Shown here: positions 1-8,050 of the stretch, one piece after another
Layout of the letters: the number at the start of each line of letters is the position of its first letter
Numbering within the stretch: the stretch's first letter is position 1
From: an uncultured virus (IMG/VR IMGVR_UViG_2850711898_000002)
Taxonomy: Duplodnaviria; Heunggongvirae; Uroviricota; Caudoviricetes
Length of the DNA stretch: 20,000 nt
Virus record (IMG/VR): IMGVR_UViG_2850711898_000002
Reading direction: 5' to 3' (one strand)
The notes under the pieces: model-generated
Database searches by the model: none
The model's input: only the letters and a program-made list of their open reading frames with translations
What the model was told of the DNA's origin: nothing
Program-made: the position numbers and the translations under genes

Positions 1-2
1 TT

Positions 3-947
3 TTAGAGCTTTATGGTATGCCGATTCGCATTGGTAAATATGGTGCTGGCGCCACTAATGCGGAGAAACGCACTTTACTGCGTGCGTTGGCTGAAATTGG
101 GCATAACGCGGCAGGCATTATGCCTGAATCGATGCAGATTGAACTGCATAATGTCGCTAATGCAGGTGCTGCATCGGGTAATAATCCATTTTTACAAATG
201 GTTGATTGGTGCGAGAAATCTATTGCTCGGTTGATTTTGGGGCAAACCTTAACATCGGGGGCGGATGGTAAAAGCTCCACCAATGCGTTAGGTAATGTGC
301 ATAATGAAGTGCATCGTGATTTGATGATTAGCGATGCGAAACAGATTGCGCAAACCATTACTCAACAAATCATTTTGCCGTATTTGCAAATTAATGTTGA
401 TCCGAATATTGCGCCACATCGTATCCCTTATTTTGAGTTTGACACAAAAGAATATGAAGATTTATCGGTCTTTGCAGAAGCCATCCCTAAACTTACCGGC
501 ATTGGCGTGCAGATTTCTGAAAGTTGGGTGCGGGATAAATTAGGAATTCCTGAACCGCAGGAAGGCGAACTGATTTTAAGCACACCGCAAGGCGAGAAAA
601 CGGACGAAAAAACGACCGCACTTTCTGCCGTGTTTAATCACGGCAAAGGCTGTACTTGCGGTTGTCGTGCTGCTGCGTTGTCGGCGCAGAATGGTAAAAA
701 GGACGAACAAGATGAATTAGACGGTTTGATTGATGATGCACTGGCAAATGCGGATTTTAATCAACAACTTGATCCTATGATGAAACAAATTGTAGGGGTG
801 GTCATGGCAAGTGAAAGCTATGACGAAGCACAGGAAAAACTGATCGCACTTTATCCTGATTTAACCAGTGAAAGCCATCAAGCCTATTTGGCAAGTGCGG
901 TATTTTTAGCTGATTTATTAGGAGCAGCCAATGCCGAGCGCACCTAA
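3..947 (+). CDS. Portal protein, Mu gp29-like (DUF935), 5'-truncated by the window edge
   Basis: Frame is open to the window edge (LELYGMPIRIGKY...). The motif ILGQTLTS...ALGNVHNEV is typical of gp29 portals. Lies immediately upstream of MuF. Confidence 0.9.
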   Translation, partial: LELYGMPIRIGKYGAGATNAEKRTLLRALAEIGHNAAGIMPESMQIELHNVANAGAASGNNPFLQMVDWCEKSIARLILGQTLTSGADGKSSTNALGNVHNEVHRDLMISDAKQIAQTITQQIILPYLQINVDPNIAPHRIPYFEFDTKEYEDLSVFAEAIPKLTGIGVQISESWVRDKLGIPEPQEGELILSTPQGEKTDEKTTALSAVFNHGKGCTCGCRAAALSAQNGKKDEQDELDGLIDDALANADFNQQLDPMMKQIVGVVMASESYDEAQEKLIALYPDLTSESHQAYLASAVFLADLLGAANAERT

Positions 948-2232
948 GTTTGCCATTGGCGTAGAACCCAAACAAGCCATTGAGTTTTTGCGCCAAAAGA
1001 AAATGCTTGCCAGCAAGGTGTTAGTAAAAGAAATGCAGGATAGCGCATTGGCACGTGCCACGACAATTGCGCGCTTAACAAGTCTTGATATGACAAAGGA
1101 TATTTACCAATCTTTAGAAACCGCTATGCGTGAGGGCAAAGGCTTTCACGCTTGGAAAAAAGAACTGGTGAGTGAATTTGAACGTAAAGGCTGGATTTTT
1201 GGGAAAGATCCGTCTATTCGTGGTATTGATGGGCATTTACTGGCAGATCCAAAAACAGGGGAATATTTTGGCACGCCGCGTCGGTTAAATACGATTTATC
1301 GTGTCAATATGCAGTCAGCTTATTCGGCTGCACGTTATCAACGCTTGCGTGATAACGTGGATAATCGCCCTTATTGGCAATATTCCGCCGTGGGGGATGC
1401 ACGTACTCGCCCTGCCCATTTAGCATTGAGCGGTAAGGTGTATCGTTATGATGATCCGTTTTGGGCGACATTCTATCCGCCTAATGGGTTTAATTGTCGC
1501 TGTACGGTGATTGCGTTAGGCGATAGAGATTTGAAACGCCGTGGGATTGATAAGCCTGACGATAGTTCTGAATTTTTGGTGGAAGTAGAACGCCCTGTGG
1601 ATAAGCAAGGTAATCGTGAAAAGACGGTAGGGTTTAAATTACCTGATGGCACGGTACGTGTGACGGATAAAGGCTTTGATTACAATGTGGGGAGATTAAA
1701 CTACAAGCCTAATTTAGATCTTTATCCTGAAAAACTGGCGCATGCGTTTGCGAAGGTTGAGATGAAAGGTGGGGAGTTTAAGCACGATTTTGAATTTTTG
1801 GCAAAGCATGTGGCGGAGATGAAACAAACGCTCAGCCCTGAAGGAAAAAAACTCACTGCTGATCAAATGTTACAGGTGCGTGATAGCCTTACCAAAAATT
1901 TTAAATTTGCAGCAGGTGTCTTGAGTGCGGAAAGTAAGGATTTTTTGAAAAGCAAAACTGGCACAGTGTGGCTTTCTGATGATACTTTAATTAAGCAATT
2001 TAATAGCCGTGATGGGCAAGATTTTGGGATTGATGAGTATGAGGCGTTGCCAGATATCATCAATGCTCCAGATAAAATTGTAGTCGATGAACTAGGATAC
2101 CAATTTTATAAGGATGTTAAGGGTAAGAAACTGCTTGCAGTATTGAAAGTTTTAAGCAAAGAACCAGAAATTTTTGTTCAGTCGTTTAGATTAGTGAGTG
2201 ATAAGCAATGGAGAAAGGCATTTAAAGAGTAA
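931..2232 (+). CDS. MuF (gp30)-family minor head protein with a C-terminal extension (possible PBECR-type nuclease/toxin domain)
   Basis: MuF motifs RLNTIYRVN, YWQYSAVGDARTRPAH and YPPNGFNCRC. About 170 extra residues follow DKGFDYNVG. The nuclease call is inference. Confidence 0.88.
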   Translation: MPSAPKFAIGVEPKQAIEFLRQKKMLASKVLVKEMQDSALARATTIARLTSLDMTKDIYQSLETAMREGKGFHAWKKELVSEFERKGWIFGKDPSIRGIDGHLLADPKTGEYFGTPRRLNTIYRVNMQSAYSAARYQRLRDNVDNRPYWQYSAVGDARTRPAHLALSGKVYRYDDPFWATFYPPNGFNCRCTVIALGDRDLKRRGIDKPDDSSEFLVEVERPVDKQGNREKTVGFKLPDGTVRVTDKGFDYNVGRLNYKPNLDLYPEKLAHAFAKVEMKGGEFKHDFEFLAKHVAEMKQTLSPEGKKLTADQMLQVRDSLTKNFKFAAGVLSAESKDFLKSKTGTVWLSDDTLIKQFNSRDGQDFGIDEYEALPDIINAPDKIVVDELGYQFYKDVKGKKLLAVLKVLSKEPEIFVQSFRLVSDKQWRKAFKE

Positions 2233-2326
2233 GCCACTAGGCGGGGCTCGAACCCACCGCACACAGTCCAAGGTACTATTCAACCTATCGCTTGCGATCC
2301 TCGAGATTCATCGCTTTTCTAGTGGC
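2233..2326 (-). ncRNA. tRNA-like small RNA (not a canonical tRNA), convergent with the MuF gene
   Basis: On the minus strand, 5' GCCACUAG pairs with 3' CUAGUGGC. A T-arm GUGGG-UUCGAGC-CCCGC sits directly before the 3' strand. Internal hairpins are GCGAU/AUCGC and AGGU/ACCU. No encoded CCA. Promoter immediately upstream. Confidence 0.7.
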
Positions 2327-2332
2327 TTGACG

Positions 2333-2361
2333 ACTATACCCCCTTAAATTTAAAAAATCAA
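2333..2361 (-). promoter_or_regulatory. sigma70-type promoter for the tRNA-like RNA
   Basis: Minus strand TTGATT (2361-2356), 17-nt spacer, TATAGT (2338-2333). The G at 2326, first base of the stem, is 7 nt downstream of the -10 box. Confidence 0.7.
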
Positions 2362-2366
2362 CGATT

Positions 2367-2783
2367 ATGATAGACATTGAAATCAATAATGCGCAAGAAG
2401 TTACCGCCTTGCTTGAACGATTAGCGCAAGCCACAGCACATCGTGCGCCTTTAATGCGTAGCATTGCAGGCACAATGGAATCGGCTGTCACGCAGAACTT
2501 TGAAGTGGGTGGTCGTCCTGAGTGGAAGAAATTAAAGCTTCGCCAAGGTACGCCTTTGGTGGATACTGAAAACTTGATGGCGAGCATCACTTCTGAATAT
2601 AATAACAATGAAGCCATTGCGGGGACGAATGAGCCTTACGCAGCTATCCATCAATTCGGGGGTAAAGCTGGACGAGGTCGTAAAGTAGAGATTCCGGCAC
2701 GTCCTTTTTTGGCTTTAACACCTCAAGATGAGGCAGATATTTTGGAAGATATACAAGACTACTTCCAACGCTTAATTAAATAA
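2367..2783 (+). CDS. Virion morphogenesis protein, Mu gpG-like
   Basis: Motifs GTNEPYAAIHQFGG and IPARPFL. Located between F and I as in Mu. Confidence 0.9.
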   Translation: MIDIEINNAQEVTALLERLAQATAHRAPLMRSIAGTMESAVTQNFEVGGRPEWKKLKLRQGTPLVDTENLMASITSEYNNNEAIAGTNEPYAAIHQFGGKAGRGRKVEIPARPFLALTPQDEADILEDIQDYFQRLIK

Positions 2784-2788
2784 ATCAG

Positions 2789-2823
2789 AAAATCGCTCTA
2801 AATCGCACGTAGGGCGATTTTTT
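2789..2823 (+). terminator. Probable intrinsic terminator after gpG
   Basis: AAAATCGCTCTA, 9-nt loop, TAGGGCGATTTT (one G-U pair), running into a T tract. Confidence 0.55.
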
Positions 2824-2847
2824 ACTTTTATGGTATAAGATTTCATC

Positions 2848-2893
2848 TTTAAATTTTTAAAACAATTTAAAACGGTTTTAAAGCGTTTTAAAA
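2848..2893. repeat. Helically phased TTTAAA tracts in the G-I intergenic region (candidate strong-gyrase-site region)
   Basis: TTTAAA starts at 2848, 2856, 2866, 2877 and 2887; the last four are 10-11 bp apart. Mu's strong gyrase site lies between G and I. Confidence 0.5.
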
Positions 2894-2984
2894 TGGGTTT
2901 GGGTTGTTTTCAATCATTCAATCTTTCACGTCTTTAATGTGAGGCTTGTTCCTCATTGTCTAAAATTTCAAATTATTTGGTTGC

Positions 2985-3030
2985 GCTGAAGCCAGTCATC
3001 TCTTGTTATCTTGTTCAATTCGATATTCTG
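2985..3030 (+). promoter_or_regulatory. Putative activator-dependent late promoter (equivalent to Mu P_I)
   Basis: GCTGAAGCCAGTCATCTC, 21 nt, TATTCTG. The same architecture recurs at 14438-14483. No good -35 box. Confidence 0.6.
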
Positions 3031-3062
3031 AAACCCTAGATTAAGTTTTTAAGAGGTTTCAG

Positions 3063-4100
3063 ATGAAATTAACAGTTGCCGCTTGTAGTTTTGAAATTAA
3101 CAAGGCGAAGTATGGTCGTATCCAACTTTTACCTTATGGCAAATTTCGCGCCGCAGACGGCAGACCAACCGATGTGGAGGCATGGTATGTAACAGATACA
3201 AATGGCGCGGATGTGGTGGCGTTGGCAAATAATCAACGCAATCCCCTTCCTATTGACTATGAACACCAAATTATTCACTCCCTAAAAAACGGCAAAGAAG
3301 CACCGAGTGCGGGCTGGATGGAATATTTCTATTTTACCCCACAAGGGATTTTTGCTGATGTGCGTTGGACTGATAAAGCCGCGGACTATATCAAAAATGG
3401 CGAATATCGTTATATCTCGGCTGTGTTTGCTTACGACACAGAGGGCTATGTTCGCAAGATCTTTCATGCTGCATTAACCAATACGCCTGCTTTAGATGGC
3501 ATGGAGGAAGCAATGGTGGCAGCCAGCGTGAATTTGTTACAAGAGGACAATCCAATGAATAAAAAATTATTGGCAGCATTATGCACACTGTTTGTTTTAA
3601 AAGCAGATGCGAGTGAAGCTGACATTACGGAGAAAGTGACCGCACTTTCGGCAGCTAAAGGCGATAGCTCTGTGGACGTGTTAGATGTTTACGCAAAATT
3701 AGCTGAAAAAGAACAATCAGTGGCAGCGTTATCCACACAAGTGGGCAACCCTGATCCTGCTAAATTTGTGCCAGTCGAACAGGTAGCCGCATTACAGGCT
3801 GATTTTAATGCGCTTAAAACATCTGTAGAAGCGGACAAGAAAGCGGCATTAATCACAGCAGCATTATCGCAAGGCAAACTGGCTCCTGCATTAAAAGATT
3901 GGGCGCAAAGTTTATCTGTTGAAGCATTAAGTGCTTATTTAGAAAAAGCACCTGCAATGGCCGCATTAAGTGGTGAGCCGCAAGCAAAAGGCGACCCAGA
4001 GCAGAAAGTGGCAGCGTTAAGTGCTGCAGAGAGTGCCGCAGCAAAAGCGTTAGGCTTAAGCGAAAAAGATTATATGGCAACCTATAAGGAGCAAAAATAA
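3063..4100 (+). CDS. Head maturation protease/scaffold, Mu gpI (gp32)-like
   Basis: Motifs IDYEHQ, APSAGW, EYRYISAVF and ALTNTPAL. Ala-rich helical C-terminal half. SD AGAGG upstream. Confidence 0.92.
   Translation: MKLTVAACSFEINKAKYGRIQLLPYGKFRAADGRPTDVEAWYVTDTNGADVVALANNQRNPLPIDYEHQIIHSLKNGKEAPSAGWMEYFYFTPQGIFADVRWTDKAADYIKNGEYRYISAVFAYDTEGYVRKIFHAALTNTPALDGMEEAMVAASVNLLQEDNPMNKKLLAALCTLFVLKADASEADITEKVTALSAAKGDSSVDVLDVYAKLAEKEQSVAALSTQVGNPDPAKFVPVEQVAALQADFNALKTSVEADKKAALITAALSQGKLAPALKDWAQSLSVEALSAYLEKAPAMAALSGEPQAKGDPEQKVAALSAAESAAAKALGLSEKDYMATYKEQK
3555..4100 (+). CDS. Internally initiated scaffold protein, Mu gpZ-like
   Basis: In-frame ATG at 3555 (MNKKLLAAL...) preceded by SD AGAGGA at the protease/scaffold boundary. 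Mu Z is a nested in-frame product of I. Confidence 0.65.
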   Translation: MNKKLLAALCTLFVLKADASEADITEKVTALSAAKGDSSVDVLDVYAKLAEKEQSVAALSTQVGNPDPAKFVPVEQVAALQADFNALKTSVEADKKAALITAALSQGKLAPALKDWAQSLSVEALSAYLEKAPAMAALSGEPQAKGDPEQKVAALSAAESAAAKALGLSEKDYMATYKEQK

Positions 4101-5023
4101 TGGATAAATTCAAAAAATCGGAACTTTTAAAAGCCCTTGATGAAGCCTTTAAAAAAGACTTTGCAAGCGGTTTAAACGTGATTAATCCTCAATGGTCAGA
4201 AATTGCTATGAAAATTGCAAGTTCTACCGAAACCAATACTTACGGTTGGTTAGGGCATTTCCCAAAATTGCAAGAATGGGTGGGTAAACGTCGTTTACGC
4301 AAAATGCAAGCGCAAGGTATGCAAGTATCGAATAAGTTGTTTGAAAGCACTGTTGCTATCCCACGCACCAATATTGAAGACGACCAGGTCGGCTTATTTA
4401 GTCCGATGGTAAAACAAATGGGACAAAGTGCGGCGGAATTACCTGATGATTTAGTATTTGGCTTAATTAAACAAGGTAAAAGCACCCTTTGCTATGACGG
4501 GCAGAATTTCTTTGATGACGATCATCCTGTTTTTGCGGAAGTCGATGGCACAGGCAATCAAACCACGCAAAGTAATATTACCAAAGGCAGTGCAGCAGGA
4601 AAACCAGCGTTTTATTTGTTGGATACGACGAATGCCGTGAAGCCGTTTATTTGGCAAGAACGCTTAACCCCTGAAATTGAGACGAAATTTGATCCGTCTA
4701 AATCCGATACGGTATTTATGGAAGATACCTATATTTGGGGCGTGCGTGCGCGTGGTAATGCAGGTTTTGCATTCTGGCAACTTGCTCACCGTGTGGAAGA
4801 CAGCGAATTAACTGAAGATGTCTTAATGGGCGTGTTGGAGAAAATGAAATCCTTAAAAGGCGATGGTGGTAAATTATTGAGCATTCGACCGAATGTGTTA
4901 TTGGTGCCGCCTTCTCTTGAGTATACCGCAAAAAAATTAGTGGAAGCCGACATTATCAACGGCACCAGCAATGTGTTGAAAGGGACGCTTAAAGTGATGG
5001 TGTCTTCACAGATTGTGGAGTAA
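4100..5023 (+). CDS. Major capsid protein, Mu gpT-like
   Basis: Motifs YGWLGHFPKLQEWVG, CYDGQNFFDDDHPV and GVRARGNAGFAFWQLA. 307 aa. TAATG overlap with the I gene. Confidence 0.95.
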   Translation: MDKFKKSELLKALDEAFKKDFASGLNVINPQWSEIAMKIASSTETNTYGWLGHFPKLQEWVGKRRLRKMQAQGMQVSNKLFESTVAIPRTNIEDDQVGLFSPMVKQMGQSAAELPDDLVFGLIKQGKSTLCYDGQNFFDDDHPVFAEVDGTGNQTTQSNITKGSAAGKPAFYLLDTTNAVKPFIWQERLTPEIETKFDPSKSDTVFMEDTYIWGVRARGNAGFAFWQLAHRVEDSELTEDVLMGVLEKMKSLKGDGGKLLSIRPNVLLVPPSLEYTAKKLVEADIINGTSNVLKGTLKVMVSSQIVE

Positions 5024-5035
5024 TCCGTCTCTTTC

Positions 5036-5067
5036 CTTGCCTTCCCTCGCTTGCGAGGGAAAGCAAG
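5036..5067 (+). other. Stable RNA hairpin after the capsid gene
   Basis: CTTGC-C-TTCCCTCG, loop CTTG, CGAGGGAA-A-GCAAG. No U tract follows on +. Confidence 0.6.
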
Positions 5068-5086
5068 AAATGACTAGGAGGAAGCT

Positions 5087-5392
5087 ATGGCAAAGAAACA
5101 GCAAAACAAGACAGACGATGAAGTGAAAACCGATTCTGCGGAAAACACCACAGAAACCGACCGCACTTTAGACGAGTTGGATGAGACGCCCAAAGGTAGT
5201 GATGCGATTCATCCCATTGCCTATGCGGTGACGTTACGTGCAATTCATCCGCAAGCCTCTTATGGTCGCTGCGGCTATCGTTTTAACAAAGAAAGTGCGG
5301 TGGAAATTCCAGTTGAAAACTTGACGGGTGAGCAAGTCATTATGCTTGCTGAAGATCCCTGGTTAGAACTTATTCCTATCTGCGAAAAATAA
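5087..5392 (+). CDS. Mu gp35-like small protein
   Basis: Strong SD AGGAGG. Position after capsid. Acidic N-terminus with YGRCGYRF...LAEDPWL. Confidence 0.75.
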   Translation: MAKKQQNKTDDEVKTDSAENTTETDRTLDELDETPKGSDAIHPIAYAVTLRAIHPQASYGRCGYRFNKESAVEIPVENLTGEQVIMLAEDPWLELIPICEK

Positions 5393-5401
5393 GGATGAGT
5401 G

Positions 5402-5833
5402 ATGCATTACGCCAGTGCAGAAGATTTTGTGTTACGCGTAGGGGAAGTGCAAGCCATTGAACTGACCGACCGTGATTTGACTGGGCAAGTTAATGACAAT
5501 TTGCTTGATGTTGCATTGTCTGACAGCTCAAGCCAAATTGATGGTTATTTGGCAGCACGTTATACCCTCCCTCTTGTGAGTGTGCCACAAAACTTGGTGC
5601 GACTTTGTTGTGATTTGGCACGTTATCGTTTAGCGAGTATGTCTCGTGTGACGATTCCAGAAGAAATTATTACACGCTATAAATTAAGTTTAAAAGAACT
5701 TGAGGATATCAGTGTGGGTAAGATTTCACTGGGGTTGCCACCTACAGAGAATAATGATGCCAACGAACACGACAATAGCGTGATTTTTACCAATCCGAAA
5801 AACAGGATTTTTGCGCGTGATCACTCAAATTGA
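5402..5833 (+). CDS. Head-tail adaptor, Mu gp36-like (DUF1320)
   Basis: Motifs IDGYLAARYTLPL and LCCDLARYRL. SD AAGGA upstream. Alternative GTG start at 5399. Confidence 0.9.
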   Translation: MHYASAEDFVLRVGEVQAIELTDRDLTGQVNDNLLDVALSDSSSQIDGYLAARYTLPLVSVPQNLVRLCCDLARYRLASMSRVTIPEEIITRYKLSLKELEDISVGKISLGLPPTENNDANEHDNSVIFTNPKNRIFARDHSN

Positions 5834-6479
5834 AAATGCCCTTGTAGAACGCCTACAGCGTGGCTTAGGGCGTTTAGTCAATACCGTTAAAAGCTATGGT
5901 GGCGAGCTCGATGATGAAAGTCTTGGAACATCACGTTTGCCGATGTGTTTAGTCACTTTTGGGGGCGCACGTATCGAACGTATGGGCACCAATTTGAAAC
6001 GACATCAATCCACAGCAAACTTTGTCATTATCGTGGCAGTAAATAGCTTGCGTAGCAATATTGCTGCACGACAAGGCGGAGCGGATAAACGAGAGGTGGG
6101 CGTTAATCAGTTGATTACAGCAGTACGCCGTTTGTTAGATGCGCAAACCTTAGGGCAATTAGTCAAGCCACTGAAACCGACTAGGGTGCGCACGCTTTTT
6201 AATAATGCCACTTTTAAAGGCGGTGCGATAACGGCTTATGCGATTGAGTATGACGCAGTCTATGAGGATTTAAGCCCGTTAGAAGATGGCCGTTATCCTG
6301 AAATGACACAGGATAGCAAAAATCCTGATTATCTGTTTACGCATTATCATGGTGAGCTATCGCCACCAGATCCGATGTTAGAACGTATTGGTAACAACAT
6401 TTATGACCCAATAAGCGGTGCCAAAGTGCCGTTTGAGGTGGAGACACAAAATGAAAGTGAAAGCAGCAATAGGCATTAA
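5817..6479 (+). CDS. Tail terminator/neck protein, Mu gp37-like (DUF1834)
   Basis: N-terminus ITQIENALVERL...VKSYGGE and synteny. GTG 5817 chosen for spacing from AGGA; TTG 5811 is the alternative. Confidence 0.82.
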   Translation: MITQIENALVERLQRGLGRLVNTVKSYGGELDDESLGTSRLPMCLVTFGGARIERMGTNLKRHQSTANFVIIVAVNSLRSNIAARQGGADKREVGVNQLITAVRRLLDAQTLGQLVKPLKPTRVRTLFNNATFKGGAITAYAIEYDAVYEDLSPLEDGRYPEMTQDSKNPDYLFTHYHGELSPPDPMLERIGNNIYDPISGAKVPFEVETQNESESSNRH

Positions 6480-6633
6480 GGTGCCGATGGAACATCAGCC
6501 TTATACCTATATTGAACAAGTACCGGTAGAGGTAGAGCCGTCGATTTATTATCAACGTCGTATTAATGATGGCGATTTGATTGTAATCACAGAAACACGT
6601 TCTCGTAAAGAAAAGGAGAAAGACAATGGCTGA
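6451..6633 (+). CDS. Mu gp38-like small protein (DUF2635)
   Basis: MKVKAAIGIKVPME...YYQRRINDGDL, directly before the sheath. SD GAGGTGGAG precedes ATG 6451. Confidence 0.85.
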   Translation: MKVKAAIGIKVPMEHQPYTYIEQVPVEVEPSIYYQRRINDGDLIVITETRSRKEKEKDNG

Positions 6634-8041
6634 AATGAATATTGATTTTGATAATATCCCGACGAGTCTTCGTAAACCGGGTGTTTATACAGAATACAAC
6701 TCACGCAATGCAGTGAGTACTTTGCCAACAAATGAGCAAAACGTCTTAATTGTGGCACCAATGTTAAATGCAACAAAAGCATTTAGCGCACCGACACCGA
6801 TTTATTCAGATGTGGATGCGAAAAATACATTTGGTGCTGGGTCTTGGGCTCACTTAATGGCGCGTATTGCTATCCAAAATAATGCCATAATCCGTTTAAC
6901 GGTGATTGGTTTAAAAGAGAGTGATTCAGGTGTGGCGGCAACTGGCACCATTACGCTAACAGGCACAGCAAGCAATGCAGGGGTGCTTAAAGTTATCATT
7001 GGTGGTCTTGATTATGCGGTGGCAATTGCTAAATCGGAAACCGCTGCCAACATTGCCACCCGTTTAAATGCAGTGATTAATGCAGGGGAATATTGTCCTG
7101 TCAGTGCGACAGTCAATGAAGGTACTGTTACGCTTACTGCGAAATGTAAAGGCGAAATTGGCAATGAGATTAGTGTCAATGCCACATTAAGCGTAAATGA
7201 TATGGCAGTGAATGTTTCTGCCCTTGCAAATGGTGCCGAAAATGCCGATTTAGCAGCGGCATTAGCATCTGTAGCTGGTCAGCATTATCACGTGATTATC
7301 TCCCCTTTTGCGGATGATAAAAATGCGAAAGCCTTGCGCGAACATTTAGAGTCGGTCGCAAGTCCTGTTGAGAAAAAACCAGGTGTTGGCGTATTAGGTT
7401 TTAATGGCACATTGGCAAGCGGAACTACTTATACCGAAAAGATCAATGCGAATCGCATTACAGTGGGTTGGTATAAAGGGGCGGTGGAATCTAATGCCTT
7501 AATCGCTGCGGGATATGGGGCGGTTATTGCTGGCGAAGAAGACCCAGCTAAACCGTTAAATACGCTTGAGATTAAAGGTTTAACCCCTGTTGATGCCACT
7601 CAAACACCGTTAAAAACCGAAGTCAATCAGGCGTTATTCCACGGTTTAACCCCTATTACAGTGGTAAATAATCGTGTGCAAATTATGCGTGCAATTACGA
7701 CTTATACCAAGTCACCTGCGAATGTAGATGATCCTGCGTGGTTAGACTTAACCACAATTCGCACACTTGATTATACGCGTAAAGCCATTGAACAGCGTAT
7801 TGAGTTACGTTTCCCTCGTGCGAAATTATCTAATCGCACCCCACCAAAAGTGCGGTCGGAAATCCTTGATGTGCTCTATCGTTTAGAGCAACAAGAGATT
7901 TTAGAAAATGTGGATGCGAACAAGGGTAAATTGCTTGTTGTTCGCAATGGCAAAGATCCAAATCGTTTAGATACGGCAATCCCAGCTGATGTGGTAAATG
8001 GCTTACACGTTGTCGCTAACCGAATTGATTTAATTTTATAG
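6626..8041 (+). CDS. Tail sheath protein, Mu gpL-like
   Basis: N-terminal FDNIPTSLRKPGVYTEY, FGAGSWAHLMA, RAITTY, DLTTIRTLDY and C-terminal DVVNGLHV. 471 aa. Confidence 0.95.
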   Translation: MAEMNIDFDNIPTSLRKPGVYTEYNSRNAVSTLPTNEQNVLIVAPMLNATKAFSAPTPIYSDVDAKNTFGAGSWAHLMARIAIQNNAIIRLTVIGLKESDSGVAATGTITLTGTASNAGVLKVIIGGLDYAVAIAKSETAANIATRLNAVINAGEYCPVSATVNEGTVTLTAKCKGEIGNEISVNATLSVNDMAVNVSALANGAENADLAAALASVAGQHYHVIISPFADDKNAKALREHLESVASPVEKKPGVGVLGFNGTLASGTTYTEKINANRITVGWYKGAVESNALIAAGYGAVIAGEEDPAKPLNTLEIKGLTPVDATQTPLKTEVNQALFHGLTPITVVNNRVQIMRAITTYTKSPANVDDPAWLDLTTIRTLDYTRKAIEQRIELRFPRAKLSNRTPPKVRSEILDVLYRLEQQEILENVDANKGKLLVVRNGKDPNRLDTAIPADVVNGLHVVANRIDLIL

Positions 8042-8050
8042 GGGGCGTAA

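Noticed and set aside
2233..2326. Canonical tRNA gene or tRNA-derived att site
   Set aside because: It has no 7-nt anticodon loop, conserved D-arm bases or CCA. It is mid-prophage, and Mu-like phages do not use tRNA att sites.
2285..2617. 110-aa minus-strand ORF as a possible MuF immunity protein
   Set aside because: It is mostly antisense to the well-supported gpG gene and runs over the RNA promoter. It looks like a shadow ORF.
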